53,537 nt of DNA from an uncultured Gemmatimonadaceae bacterium (GTDB taxonomy: Bacteria; Gemmatimonadota; Gemmatimonadetes; Gemmatimonadales; GWC2-71-9), in assembly GCA_964641215.1 (NCBI GenBank), contig CAZXKD010000001.1, forward strand, positions 23,721 to 77,257. Direction: 5' to 3'. The position numbers and the translations under genes are program-made. This document shows, piece by piece, positions 10,201 through 17,471 of the stretch. A model generated the notes under the pieces. It was not told the DNA's origin, searched no databases, and saw only the letters and a list, made by a program, of their open reading frames with translations. Every line of letters starts with the position of its first letter. Position 1 is the stretch's first letter.

Positions 10201-10282
10201 CCCAGAGGCCACCAACGCTGAGCAGCGCCACCACGAGATAGACGAACCGCCGTTGGCGGGAGAGGACCTCGAACAGCGTCAC
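7223..10282 (-). CDS. RND efflux transporter permease (AcrB/CusA/CzcA superfamily)
   Basis: 1019 aa with a 12-TM RND layout. The TM4 motif AIGLVIDDAVVITEN carries the paired Asp proton relay typical of HAE-1 pumps. GTG start overlaps the adaptor stop (GTGA). Confidence 0.93.
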   Translation of the reverse strand: MTLFEVLSRQRRFVYLVVALLSVGGLWAALLLPSAIYPELQFSRITLVAQGSTLGARQVVFSITRPLEEAVSVVPGVTRVRSHSIRGAVEIQITFAPSTDMAYALQLVRARVNQVAGGLPSGLDIEVERLAPSLFPILSYNLEGGDPATLYDLARYGIKPLISRVPGVGRVDVQGSDVREVEVVADPARLAAQGLTYGALADAIRDAVTVQAVGRVAQDYRQYLIVTNQEAHTPEDIGAVVLENGLRVRDVATVRLGTEDHVRIIAGDGKPAALINVTRQVGGNTLAVADSVAAIVAGLGPTLPPGVRLKPVYDQAALVRDAVRAVRDAMLVGAGLAVLVLLLFLRHGRITAISAAAIPLTLAITVFVMSLIGQTFNLMTLGAMAIAIGLVIDDAVVITENIARHLALTPDRFRAIREAVQELIWPVTTSTITTVVVFLPLGLLQGVVGQFFAALATTLTVAVLVSLGLALTIIPLLAEQFVTAHEVAAVTGGPLVRVQRALDVLGPRYERALAAVLHHPRRVAITAAALVLVGIGLWRLVVTGFLPEMDEGAFVLDYWTPGGTALDETNRLVGLAERILATTPEISGTSRRTGAELGLFATEQNRGDIVARLVPQSARSRDIFAVIDDVRGKTSAAAPRLRIEFVQILSDVINDLAGAARPVEIKLFGERLDTLEAYAQRLAPELGHIDGLEDLYNGVSEPSAELLMSVHQAETDRLGMTPADVGATASAALLGVNAGEIRTEDRPVAVRVRAPDSVRFDPLRLRSLPVLSTRTHRATPLGSLASFTPAESRAALERENQQQQIVMTADVSGRSLGRVMGDVRHVLAAHTPPSGVRVALGGQYAGQQDAFRALLLVLGLAVMSVCAVMVVQFESFVEPLVVLLVAPVSFVGALVLLLVTGTALNVSSLMGLILLVGLIVKNGIILLDFTRLRMRAAGVPLETAIREAARVRLRPILMTTLCTLFGLLPLALGIGTGSELQRPLALAVIGGLALSTPITLFAVPILLVAIRGGSYTTQR

Positions 10283-11352
10283 TGCGGCGGAGCGCTCTTG
10301 ATGATCTTCGCGCCGTCCTCGACGCCGTAGGCTCCGGCGGTGACCACGGTCTCGCCGGCCGCCAGTCCCGTCACGATCTCGGCGAGCGCCTCGCTGCGCG
10401 CGCCCACCGCGACGGGCCGGGCGTGGGCGATCCCCGCGGTGTCCACGACGAACACCTGGAACCCGTCACCGACCGGAACGAGGGCCGCGACGGGGACGGT
10501 TACCGCCCGCGGATGCACAGCCGTGACGATCTTCCCGAACAGCGACTCGCCGATGCGCAGCGGGCGCGCTGGCCGGCTGACGCCGGCGCGCACTCCCACG
10601 GCTCGGGTCACGGAGTCGACCGCGGCGCCCACGCCCGTCACCTCACCCTGCCCGAGCGGCTCACCGCCGGCTGCCCCCCCCCCTTCTCCAGCCGTCAGCG
10701 TCACCGCATCCCCAAGGTGGATCCGCGCGGCTTCGGCCGGCGAGACGTTGAAGACGATATCCAAGGCGTTCGGGTCCGCGACCTCGACGACCGGCTGGCT
10801 GGGGTCCACCGAAGCGCCCAGCACCGCGCTCATGCGCGTCACGACTCCGGCGAGCGGCGCCCGCAGGGTCGCGAGCTGTTGGGCGCGGCGGGCGGTGATC
10901 GCGGCCACCTGCGCCTGGGCGAGGTCCGCCGCCGCCTGGTCGCTGTCTTTCTGAGGGAGGATCCCCGCCTGCACCAGGCGCACCGCCCGGGCGTAGCTGC
11001 GCTCCGCGCTGGACAGTGCGGTGCCCGCGCTGCGCGCCGCGGCGTCGAACGGCGCTCGCTCGAATTCGATCAACGAATCCCCCTCGGCCACGCGCTGGCC
11101 GGGCCCCACGAAAATCCGCGCCACCCGCGTCGGCGCCGGCGCGGCGAGCTCGGCGAACCAGCCGGGCCGCGGGGTAACGGTGCCGACGGCACTCACCACT
11201 TGCGCGAACGGCTGCGCCGTCGCCACGGCGGTGCCGGCCCCCACGACCGCCTGGGAGCCGGCCGACCCTTGCGCCTCGTCGGAAGCTGCGTGCTTGCCGC
11301 AGCCGGCACACAGTCCGGCCGCGGTCGTGATCGCACAGAGGAACCGCCTCAC
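10279..11352 (-). CDS. RND periplasmic adaptor (membrane fusion protein), lipoprotein
   Basis: Lipobox signal MRRFLCAITTAAGLCAGCG. HlyD/AcrA-like lipoyl, hairpin and beta-barrel segments. Contains a G10 tract on the coding strand (10674-10683). Confidence 0.88.
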   Translation of the reverse strand: MRRFLCAITTAAGLCAGCGKHAASDEAQGSAGSQAVVGAGTAVATAQPFAQVVSAVGTVTPRPGWFAELAAPAPTRVARIFVGPGQRVAEGDSLIEFERAPFDAAARSAGTALSSAERSYARAVRLVQAGILPQKDSDQAAADLAQAQVAAITARRAQQLATLRAPLAGVVTRMSAVLGASVDPSQPVVEVADPNALDIVFNVSPAEAARIHLGDAVTLTAGEGGGAAGGEPLGQGEVTGVGAAVDSVTRAVGVRAGVSRPARPLRIGESLFGKIVTAVHPRAVTVPVAALVPVGDGFQVFVVDTAGIAHARPVAVGARSEALAEIVTGLAAGETVVTAGAYGVEDGAKIIKSAPPQ

Positions 11353-12551
11353 GGTTGATCGGGAGCGGCGTTGAGGAGCCGGACGGCCGCCACAGCGTCA
11401 GTGGCGGCGGCGACGTCGTCGATGTAACGGCCCAGCGCTTCGCGCGCGTTGCGCTGCGCCTCGAGCACGTTGGCCAACGGGATCGCGCCCTCACCGTACG
11501 CCTGAAGCGCCATGGCGGCGACCCGATCCGCGCTCGCCAGCAGCCGCGCGTCGCGCCGCACCCGCGCGAGCCCCGCGACGACCTCCCGTCGGGCGCGGGA
11601 GACTTCCGCTCCCGTTTGGCGACGCACCAGGTCCAGCTCCGCCCGTGCCCGATCCCGCGCGGCGGCCGCCTGGGCGACCTCCCCCCCGTTCCAATTGAAC
11701 AACGGGATGGGGAAGGAAAGCCCGACCGTCGGCAGCAGACCGCGCTCGGCCCCCGTCGGGTCCCGATTCTCGATGCCGACCTGGAGGCTGGGGGCCGCGA
11801 ACAGACTGCGGTGCGCGAAGGTCAGCGTCCGCTCGGCGGAGCGCAGGGAGGCCGCGGCCGCGGCGACGGGGAGGTACTCCGCGGGACCCGGCGGCAGGCT
11901 GTCCACCGGCGGGACCAGCGAGTCCGCGAGCGCGATCGTCGGGGCATCTCCCGGCAGCCCCATCGCGATCTGGACCGCGAGCAACGCGTCGAGGGCAGAG
12001 AGCGAGTCGTCCGTGGCGACGTTTTCCAGCTGGCCGGCGTTCACGGCGGCCAGACGCACGTCCAGCTCGCTCACGTCGCCCACCTCCCTTCGCAGCTGGG
12101 CCATCTTGAGGAGGCTATCGGCATCGAGGGCGTTGCGCCGGGACAGGCGCGCATGCGCGGCGGCGGCCAGGGCGCGGGTATAGGTCGTGTCGACGTCGAA
12201 TCCGATCGCGGCCCGCTCGAAGGCGAAGCCGTAGCGAGCCGCCGCCCGCGCCGACTCGGCCGCGCCGATGCGCGGCCCGCGCAACCATGGCAAGTCGAGG
12301 GGCAGATCGACGATCGCGTGGTACTGTGGCACGGCCTTCGTGTAGCTCGCGGCGAGCGACGGATTGGGGAACGCGCGGGCCGCACGCGCGAAGCCACGTG
12401 CAGCAGCGGTGTCGGCCCGGCCTAGGGCCACGCGCGCACCGCGGGAGAGGGCGGCCGCCACCGCCTGCGGGCGGGTCACCGGCTGCTGGGCGGGGAGCGC
12501 CCGCGGCAGCGTCGCGCCGCACAATCCCACGACAACGAGTGAAATGCGCAC
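11349..12551 (-). CDS. Outer-membrane efflux protein (TolC/OprM/CzcC family)
   Basis: 400 aa with signal peptide MRISLVVVGLCGATLPRALPAQQ. The two-fold repeated helical/beta pattern is typical of OMF proteins. GTGA overlap with the adaptor gene. Gene order is OMF-MFP-RND. Confidence 0.85.
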   Translation of the reverse strand: MRISLVVVGLCGATLPRALPAQQPVTRPQAVAAALSRGARVALGRADTAAARGFARAARAFPNPSLAASYTKAVPQYHAIVDLPLDLPWLRGPRIGAAESARAAARYGFAFERAAIGFDVDTTYTRALAAAAHARLSRRNALDADSLLKMAQLRREVGDVSELDVRLAAVNAGQLENVATDDSLSALDALLAVQIAMGLPGDAPTIALADSLVPPVDSLPPGPAEYLPVAAAAASLRSAERTLTFAHRSLFAAPSLQVGIENRDPTGAERGLLPTVGLSFPIPLFNWNGGEVAQAAAARDRARAELDLVRRQTGAEVSRARREVVAGLARVRRDARLLASADRVAAMALQAYGEGAIPLANVLEAQRNAREALGRYIDDVAAATDAVAAVRLLNAAPDQP

Positions 12552-12575
12552 CGTGGCCGAAAAGCTATGCGCCCG

Positions 12576-12595
12576 ACCTGTCAGGTCGCTGACAC
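12576..12595. repeat. Palindromic 20-mer ACCTGTCAGGTCGCTGACAC (copy 1)
   Basis: TGTCAG-N4-CTGACA inverted repeat. It lies 8 nt after the PepSY-like stop and 25 nt before the OMF GTG. A second copy with the same flanks is at 13180..13199. Confidence 0.85.
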
Positions 12596-12602
12596 CGGCG
12601 GT

Positions 12603-13073
12603 CTATTGTTCGTGAGCGAGGGGTTTGCCGTCAGGACCCACCTGAACCTCCGAACGCTTGGAGCCGGTCCGCACGTGCGCCTCGTAGGCCACGAGGGCGC
12701 CCTGCTTGGTGATCGACTCGACCCGTGTGATCGTCCCGGCACCGGCCAGCTTGGTGAGCCCTTCGCGTACCGCCGCGGGCAGCGCGGCCTGGGCCACCTC
12801 CTCTTCCACCTCCAGGACGCTCCCGTCCGGCGCGATGCTCACATCCCGGGAATGACCGTTCACGGTCAGCTGAACTTCATACTCCAACTTGCCGCCTTCC
12901 ACCTCGCTGGAATAGCCGCGGATGGTCGCGCCCCTGCTCTGCTCATCCGCCGTCTTCTGAACGGCCGGCGGCAGGTCCGAGCGCTTGAGATGTTTCTCCT
13001 GGGCTTGCGCCGTGGTCGCGCACAGGAGTGCGAATAGGGCCATCGTGGGGGCGACCAAATGACTGCGGCTCAT
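12603..13073 (-). CDS. PepSY-like periplasmic protein
   Basis: Signal peptide MSRSHLVAPTMALFALLCATTAQAQ. Two repeats of the pattern ..G.....YEV....NG...V.I.PDGSVL resemble PepSY-like (inhibitor-fold) domains. ATG at 13073 with GGGAG upstream. Confidence 0.6.
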   Translation of the reverse strand: MSRSHLVAPTMALFALLCATTAQAQEKHLKRSDLPPAVQKTADEQSRGATIRGYSSEVEGGKLEYEVQLTVNGHSRDVSIAPDGSVLEVEEEVAQAALPAAVREGLTKLAGAGTITRVESITKQGALVAYEAHVRTGSKRSEVQVGPDGKPLAHEQ

Positions 13074-13117
13074 AGGGAACTCCCTTCTTCAGGTATGGTC
13101 CCGCTCAGGCTTGAGGT

Positions 13118-13141
13118 GGTACCACGTGCGGTACCACGTGA
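13118..13141. repeat. Tandem 12-nt direct repeat GGTACCACGTGC / GGTACCACGTGA
   Basis: Read directly, 45-68 nt upstream of the PepSY-like ATG. Each unit contains CACGTG and GGTACC. A third partial GGTACCCAC lies at 13168-13176. Confidence 0.85.
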
Positions 13142-13179
13142 AGTGAAGCACGCGGTGGCGAAGAAAAGGTACCCACCGA

Positions 13180-13199
13180 ACCTGTCAGGAAGCTGACAC
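13180..13199. repeat. Palindromic 20-mer ACCTGTCAGGAAGCTGACAC (copy 2)
   Basis: Same TGTCAG-N4-CTGACA core and flanks as 12576..12595. It lies 14 nt after the oxidoreductase stop and ~107 nt upstream of the PepSY-like start. Confidence 0.85.
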
Positions 13200-13212
13200 G
13201 CCTGAGCTCGAG

Positions 13213-14469
13213 CTAGTGCACCGCGCTGGCTAGGGCCTCCTCCACCACCACGCGCCGCCGCTCGCGGTAGGCCAAGTTCGCCACGTGCGCCACGACGGCC
13301 GTGCGGTAGCCGAGCTCGACCGACGCATTCGGCTGCCGCCGCGAGCGCACACAGTCGAGGAAGTTCGCCATGTGATCCTGCTCGGGCGCCTGACCGGCAA
13401 GGGCGACGCCCAGAGGAGGGGGACGATTCGCCGGCTCCGGATAATAATGAATGCCCGAGGTGAGCCGGCCGGTCACCATGTCGGAGGCGCCGGCGAGGCG
13501 CTCGATGGTGCCGTGGGAGCCGAGCACCCGCTCGCCCAGCCCGTAGCGGCTGTTGCTGAACGTCGACTGCCAGGTCACCACAAGGTCGGCCGGGAAGTCG
13601 AGCGTCACGGCGATCGTGTCGGGGACTTCGCGGCCGTCCTTTTCGGAGAACACGCCGCCCGACATCGAGGCCGCCGCCGGGAGCGGCAGGTCGAGGAGCC
13701 CCATGATCCACGACATCTGGTGGACCATGTTCTCGGTCACGTTGCCGCCGGAGAACTCCCAGAACAGCCGCCAGTTGATGAAGGCGTAGCCATCGAACGG
13801 TCGGGCCGGCCGGCCGTTCAGGAACGCGTCCCAGTTGACGGTGTGGGCCGTGCAGTCGGCCGGCACCAGACGCACCCACTGACCGTGGCTGCGCGGCGTG
13901 TTGCGGCTCATCCAGGCCTCCACCGACGTGACCTTGCCGAGCAGGCCGTCCTTCAGCCACTGCTTCGCGTCGGCGAACGCGCCGCTGCTCACGTGCTGCA
14001 GGCCGATCTGGATCACGCGGCCGGACTGCCGTGCGGCCCGACGACACGCCTCCGCCTCGGCGATCGACCAGGTCATCGTCTTCTCGCAGTAGAGATCTTT
14101 GCCGGCCGCGAGGGCGTCGAGGAAATGCCGCGCGTGGCAATGCAACGGGGTGGCGACGATTACCGCGTCCACGTTCTTCAGGTCGAGCAGGGCGCGATGG
14201 TCGCCGAGCGTCCGCACCTCCGGCACCACGCGCCGCGTTTCGTCGAGGCGGCGTGTGTACACGTCCGCCACGGCGGCGACCTCGACGTTGGGAAGCTTGA
14301 GCGCCTGCGCCAGGAGATCCTGACCGCGGGCCCCCGCCCCGATCAGGCCGAGCCGGATCCTGTCGTTGGCGCCCAGCACCCGCGCCGTGGGCGACGCGGC
14401 CCAGACCGCCACGCCCGCCGCGGCCGCCCGCTCGACGAACTCCCTGCGTCCGATCTTCTTCCGTGGCAT
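13213..14469 (-). CDS. Gfo/Idh/MocA-family oxidoreductase with twin-arginine signal
   Basis: Tat motif GRREFVERAAAAGVAVWA. Rossmann motif RLGLIGAGARGQ. The remainder matches the Gfo/Idh/MocA layout (EKTMT.., C-terminal alpha/beta domain). Confidence 0.85.
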   Translation of the reverse strand: MPRKKIGRREFVERAAAAGVAVWAASPTARVLGANDRIRLGLIGAGARGQDLLAQALKLPNVEVAAVADVYTRRLDETRRVVPEVRTLGDHRALLDLKNVDAVIVATPLHCHARHFLDALAAGKDLYCEKTMTWSIAEAEACRRAARQSGRVIQIGLQHVSSGAFADAKQWLKDGLLGKVTSVEAWMSRNTPRSHGQWVRLVPADCTAHTVNWDAFLNGRPARPFDGYAFINWRLFWEFSGGNVTENMVHQMSWIMGLLDLPLPAAASMSGGVFSEKDGREVPDTIAVTLDFPADLVVTWQSTFSNSRYGLGERVLGSHGTIERLAGASDMVTGRLTSGIHYYPEPANRPPPLGVALAGQAPEQDHMANFLDCVRSRRQPNASVELGYRTAVVAHVANLAYRERRRVVVEEALASAVH

Positions 14470-14479
14470 CGTCCCCCTC

Positions 14480-15436
14480 CTACTCGACCTTCCTGAGCAG
14501 TGCTTTCATGCCCGCCATGCTGCGGCGCGTCGACGCTTCGGCCGTGCCGGCGCCGCGCCAGTGCGTCTCCAGCGACAATACGCCCCGATAGCCGTCTCGT
14601 TTGAGCGCGCGCAGCTGGCCCACCCAATCAATGACCCCCGTCCCCATCGCGGCCCACTCCGTGGTGCCGTCGGGCTTCACGACCGCGTCCTTGCAGTGCA
14701 CGTGCGCGATGCGATCGGCGGGCAGCCTGGCATAGCCGTCGGGATAGGGTGTTTCGCCCCGCGCGCGCGCGTTGCCGGGATCCCAGTTCACCTTGAGGGA
14801 GGGCTCGCGCACCGCTGACAGCAGCCGTCCCGCTTCGGCGCCGGTCGCGGTATTGCACGCAGGTTCGTTCTCGAGGTTCAACGTGACGCCCTGCTTCCCC
14901 GCCACCCGAGCCGCCTGGCGGAGCCGATCATCGATGGCGTTCCGATAGGGCGTTTGGTCGTTCAGCCGCCAGAAATCGAAGATGCGAACGTACGGCGTGC
15001 CGAAGGTCCGGGCCAACGCGACGGCGCGCTCCAGGAGCTCGTCCTGCTGCCCGTAGGTGAAGTCGGCGGCGAACTGCGGCCCGCTCGGGCTCGCGGGCGA
15101 CTTCGGGGCACCCGGCCAGTCGACCTTGAAGATCGGCGAGGCCAGCTCCGAGACACGCAAGTGGTAGCGGGCGAGCAGACGCCGCGCTTCGGCGACATCG
15201 TGCGCGTCCCAACTCATGATGTTCTTGTCGTGGGCGGACCGCAGCTCGACGTAGCTGAGCCCGAACTCGATCGCCGCGATCTCGCAGGCGTGCCCCAGGT
15301 CCTGGGAGATCTCGTCGGTGAGCACGGAGAGAGGGAACACGTCAGCCCGGAGCGCGGCACGCAGGGCCCGACGGAGGGAGCCGAGCGGCAGCGCGACGGC
15401 TCCGAGCCCCGCGATAACGTCGCGGCGTGACGTCAT
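14480..15436 (-). CDS. Sugar phosphate isomerase/epimerase (xylose isomerase-like TIM barrel) with Tat-like signal
   Basis: N-terminus MTSRRDVIAGLGAVALPLG. The TIM-barrel pattern includes LNLENEP and HVHCKD metal-ligand-like motifs. It lies 10 nt upstream of the oxidoreductase gene. Confidence 0.8.
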   Translation of the reverse strand: MTSRRDVIAGLGAVALPLGSLRRALRAALRADVFPLSVLTDEISQDLGHACEIAAIEFGLSYVELRSAHDKNIMSWDAHDVAEARRLLARYHLRVSELASPIFKVDWPGAPKSPASPSGPQFAADFTYGQQDELLERAVALARTFGTPYVRIFDFWRLNDQTPYRNAIDDRLRQAARVAGKQGVTLNLENEPACNTATGAEAGRLLSAVREPSLKVNWDPGNARARGETPYPDGYARLPADRIAHVHCKDAVVKPDGTTEWAAMGTGVIDWVGQLRALKRDGYRGVLSLETHWRGAGTAEASTRRSMAGMKALLRKVE

Positions 15437-15501
15437 GGGTTCACCACCTCGCGGAAAGGTACCCCCCGCGATTGCGCGGCGCCGCCAGCGCCGTTGCGGA
15501 C

Positions 15502-15529
15502 TGTCAAGAATCTCGCCTTAGGATAGATT
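15502..15529 (+). promoter_or_regulatory. Possible sigma70-type promoter of tRNA-Leu
   Basis: TGTCAA (15502-15507), 16-nt spacer, TAGATT (15524-15529), ending 10 nt before the tRNA 5' end. AT-rich patch in a GC-rich context. Confidence 0.3.
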
Positions 15530-15539
15530 GTCGCTAGTT

Positions 15540-15621
15540 GCGACCGTGGCGGAACCGGCAGACGCGCAGGACTTAGGATCCTGTGGGGCAACCCGTGGGG
15601 GTTCGAGTCCCTCCGGTCGCA
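15540..15621 (+). tRNA. tRNA-Leu (anticodon TAG)
   Basis: Folded by hand. Acceptor GCGACCG/CGGTCGC. Anticodon arm cagga-CTTAGGA-tcctg, giving anticodon TAG. A 13-nt variable arm indicates class II. T arm GGGGG-TTCGAGT-CCCTC. Discriminator A; CCA is not encoded. Confidence 0.93.
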
Positions 15622-15637
15622 CTTCTGGGAGTTACCC

Positions 15638-16159
15638 ATGACGGCTCCACTCTCCGTCCTCCTCAACGTCGCCCTCCGCACCACCATCGTCTACCTCGCC
15701 CTGCTGCTCGGTCTCCGCCTCACCGGCACCCGACAGCTCGGCCAGATGTCCACCTTCGACCTCGTCCTCCTGCTGATCATCTCCAACGCGGTCCAGAACG
15801 CCATGGTCGGCCCCGACACCAGCCTCGCGGGCGGGCTCGTGGCCGCCGGGGTCCTGATCGGCTGGCATGCCGTCATCGACCGCCTGCGCCTGAGCAGTCG
15901 CAGACTGCACAAGTTGCTTGCCGGCGAAGGGATCATGCTCATCAACCGGGGAGCGGCGCTGGACGCACACCTGCGGCGGGCCGGGGTGACCCGCGACGAG
16001 CTGCTCCAGGCGTTGCGAGAGCATGGTGTGGCCCGGGTGGAGGACGTGCGGCTCGCCGTGCTCGAGCCCGACGGGGCGATCAGCGTGATCCGTAACGACG
16101 ACTTGATGCCTGGCGTGCGCCCGCATCACCGCATCCGGGCGATCCGGCGCGGGAACTGA
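15638..16159 (+). CDS. DUF421/YetF-like membrane protein
   Basis: 173 aa. The N-terminal TM pair and the motif LTGTRQLGQMSTFDLVLLLIISNAVQNA are characteristic of the YetF/DUF421 family. Confidence 0.72.
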   Translation: MTAPLSVLLNVALRTTIVYLALLLGLRLTGTRQLGQMSTFDLVLLLIISNAVQNAMVGPDTSLAGGLVAAGVLIGWHAVIDRLRLSSRRLHKLLAGEGIMLINRGAALDAHLRRAGVTRDELLQALREHGVARVEDVRLAVLEPDGAISVIRNDDLMPGVRPHHRIRAIRRGN

Positions 16160-16223
16160 GCAGGCCCCCTCCCACTGCCCCCAGTCCCGAGCCCCTAGGC
16201 CATATCGTTAGATTTCTCTGGGC

Positions 16224-17471
16224 ATGACCAGCATCCAGATCAAGAAGACCCGCGAAGAGCCGGGGGAGACTTCCCTCGCCGTGACGGTGCCGCCCGAGAG
16301 CGTGCGGGAAGCCGAGGAACGGGCCACGCGCGCCTGGCAGTCCCGGGCGCGGCTCCCTGGCTTCCGCAAAGGCAAGGCGCCGACGGCCGTCGTGCGTAAG
16401 CGCTTCGCCGACGACATCCGCCAGCAGGTGCTGCAGGAGCTGCTGCAGGAGAGCTGGAAGGCCGCCCTGGCCCAGGAGCAGCTGAAGCCGATCGCCGATC
16501 CGCACATCCACAACCTCAAGTGGGAAGAGGGCGCGCCCGTCACCTTCGAGCTCCACGTCGAGGTGAAGCCGGACCTGAAGCTCGGGCGTCTGGGCGGCTT
16601 CCGGCTGAAGCGCACCGTGGCGCCCGTGACCCAGGAGCAGGTCGACGCCCGGGTGAATATGCTGCGCGACCAGCGCTCGCCGTGGACGCCGGTGAGCGGG
16701 GAGAAGCCCAGGCCCAAGGATCTGGTCCACGTCACCATCGCGCAGCGCCAGGGGAGCGAGGTCAAGGACCATCAGCCCTACCAGTTCGTCCTGGGCGAGG
16801 GCCGCGCCATTCCGGAAGTGGAGGAGCGGATCACCGGCCTCCTGCCCGGCGAGACGGTGGACGCGATGGTGCGCTTCCCGGACGATTTCCCCGAAGAGGC
16901 GAAGCGGGGACAGATTCGGGATATCCGGCTCACCCTACACGAGGTGAAGCGCCAGCAACTCCCCGAGCTGTCCGATGAGTTCGCCAGGGAGGTCGGGGAC
17001 TTCGAATCGCTCGCGGCACTCAAGGCGGCCGTTCGGGCGGACCTGGAGAAGGACTCCGAACGCGAGGCCGACGCGCGGGTGCGCGGCGAGCTGATCGAGC
17101 AGCTCGTGGCCGCCAATCACGTGACGGCGCCGCGGCCGCTGGTGGAGCGGGCGCTGCTCGTCTACGCGCAGGCCTACGGCATCCCGGAGGACCGCTGGGA
17201 GCAGTTCGCGGCGGAGTTCCGGCCGGTGGCTGAAGCGCAGGTACGGCGCGACCTGGTGCTCGATACCGTGGTGGAGAAGGAAAAGCTGTACGCGACCGAA
17301 GCCGAGCTCGACGAGCGGATCCAGCAGCTCGCGGCGCGGCGGCAGATCCCGGCGGCCCAGCTGTACGCCTCGCTCGAGAAGGAGAAGCGGCTCCGCGACG
17401 TCGAGCGGAGCATTACCGAAGAGAAGGTGTTCGCCTTTCTTCTGAACCAGTCGACCGTGGAGCAGCCGTGA
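16224..17471 (+). CDS. tig: Trigger factor
   Basis: The N-terminal ribosome-binding motif GFRKGKAP, a PPIase-like middle and a helical C-terminal arm are present. It sits upstream of clpP-clpX, as is usual. Confidence 0.95.
   Translation: MTSIQIKKTREEPGETSLAVTVPPESVREAEERATRAWQSRARLPGFRKGKAPTAVVRKRFADDIRQQVLQELLQESWKAALAQEQLKPIADPHIHNLKWEEGAPVTFELHVEVKPDLKLGRLGGFRLKRTVAPVTQEQVDARVNMLRDQRSPWTPVSGEKPRPKDLVHVTIAQRQGSEVKDHQPYQFVLGEGRAIPEVEERITGLLPGETVDAMVRFPDDFPEEAKRGQIRDIRLTLHEVKRQQLPELSDEFAREVGDFESLAALKAAVRADLEKDSEREADARVRGELIEQLVAANHVTAPRPLVERALLVYAQAYGIPEDRWEQFAAEFRPVAEAQVRRDLVLDTVVEKEKLYATEAELDERIQQLAARRQIPAAQLYASLEKEKRLRDVERSITEEKVFAFLLNQSTVEQP

Noticed and set aside
7161-10330. Long ORFs 7161..8672 (-), 7254..8198 (+) and 8150..10330 (+) overlapping the RND gene.
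   Set aside because: These are Arg/Gly/Asp/His-rich shadow frames typical of very GC-rich DNA. The 1019-aa frame has unmistakable RND motifs. The same reasoning rejects 1236..2630, 2726..4111, 4417..6213, 6110..7129, 10423..11358, 11355..12425, 13070..14140 and 13285..14496.
7223-12551. Calling the efflux operon a heavy-metal (Czc/Cus) system because of the OMF-MFP-RND order and the CusRS-like neighbours.
   Set aside because: The pump's TM4 motif IDDAVVITEN is of the AcrB/HAE-1 type rather than CzcA/CusA type as I recall them, so substrate class is left open.
13166-15466. AAAGGTACCC occurring both upstream of the PepSY-like gene (13166-13175) and upstream of the TIM-barrel gene (about 15457-15466).
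   Set aside because: This is a 10-nt match containing a common hexamer. It is expected by chance, and no further similarity exists in the flanks.
15437-16159. tRNA-Leu as an integration site for a genomic island.
   Set aside because: No integrase, no repeat of the tRNA 3' end and no compositional break are seen. The flanking genes (DUF421-like, tig) are ordinary chromosomal genes.
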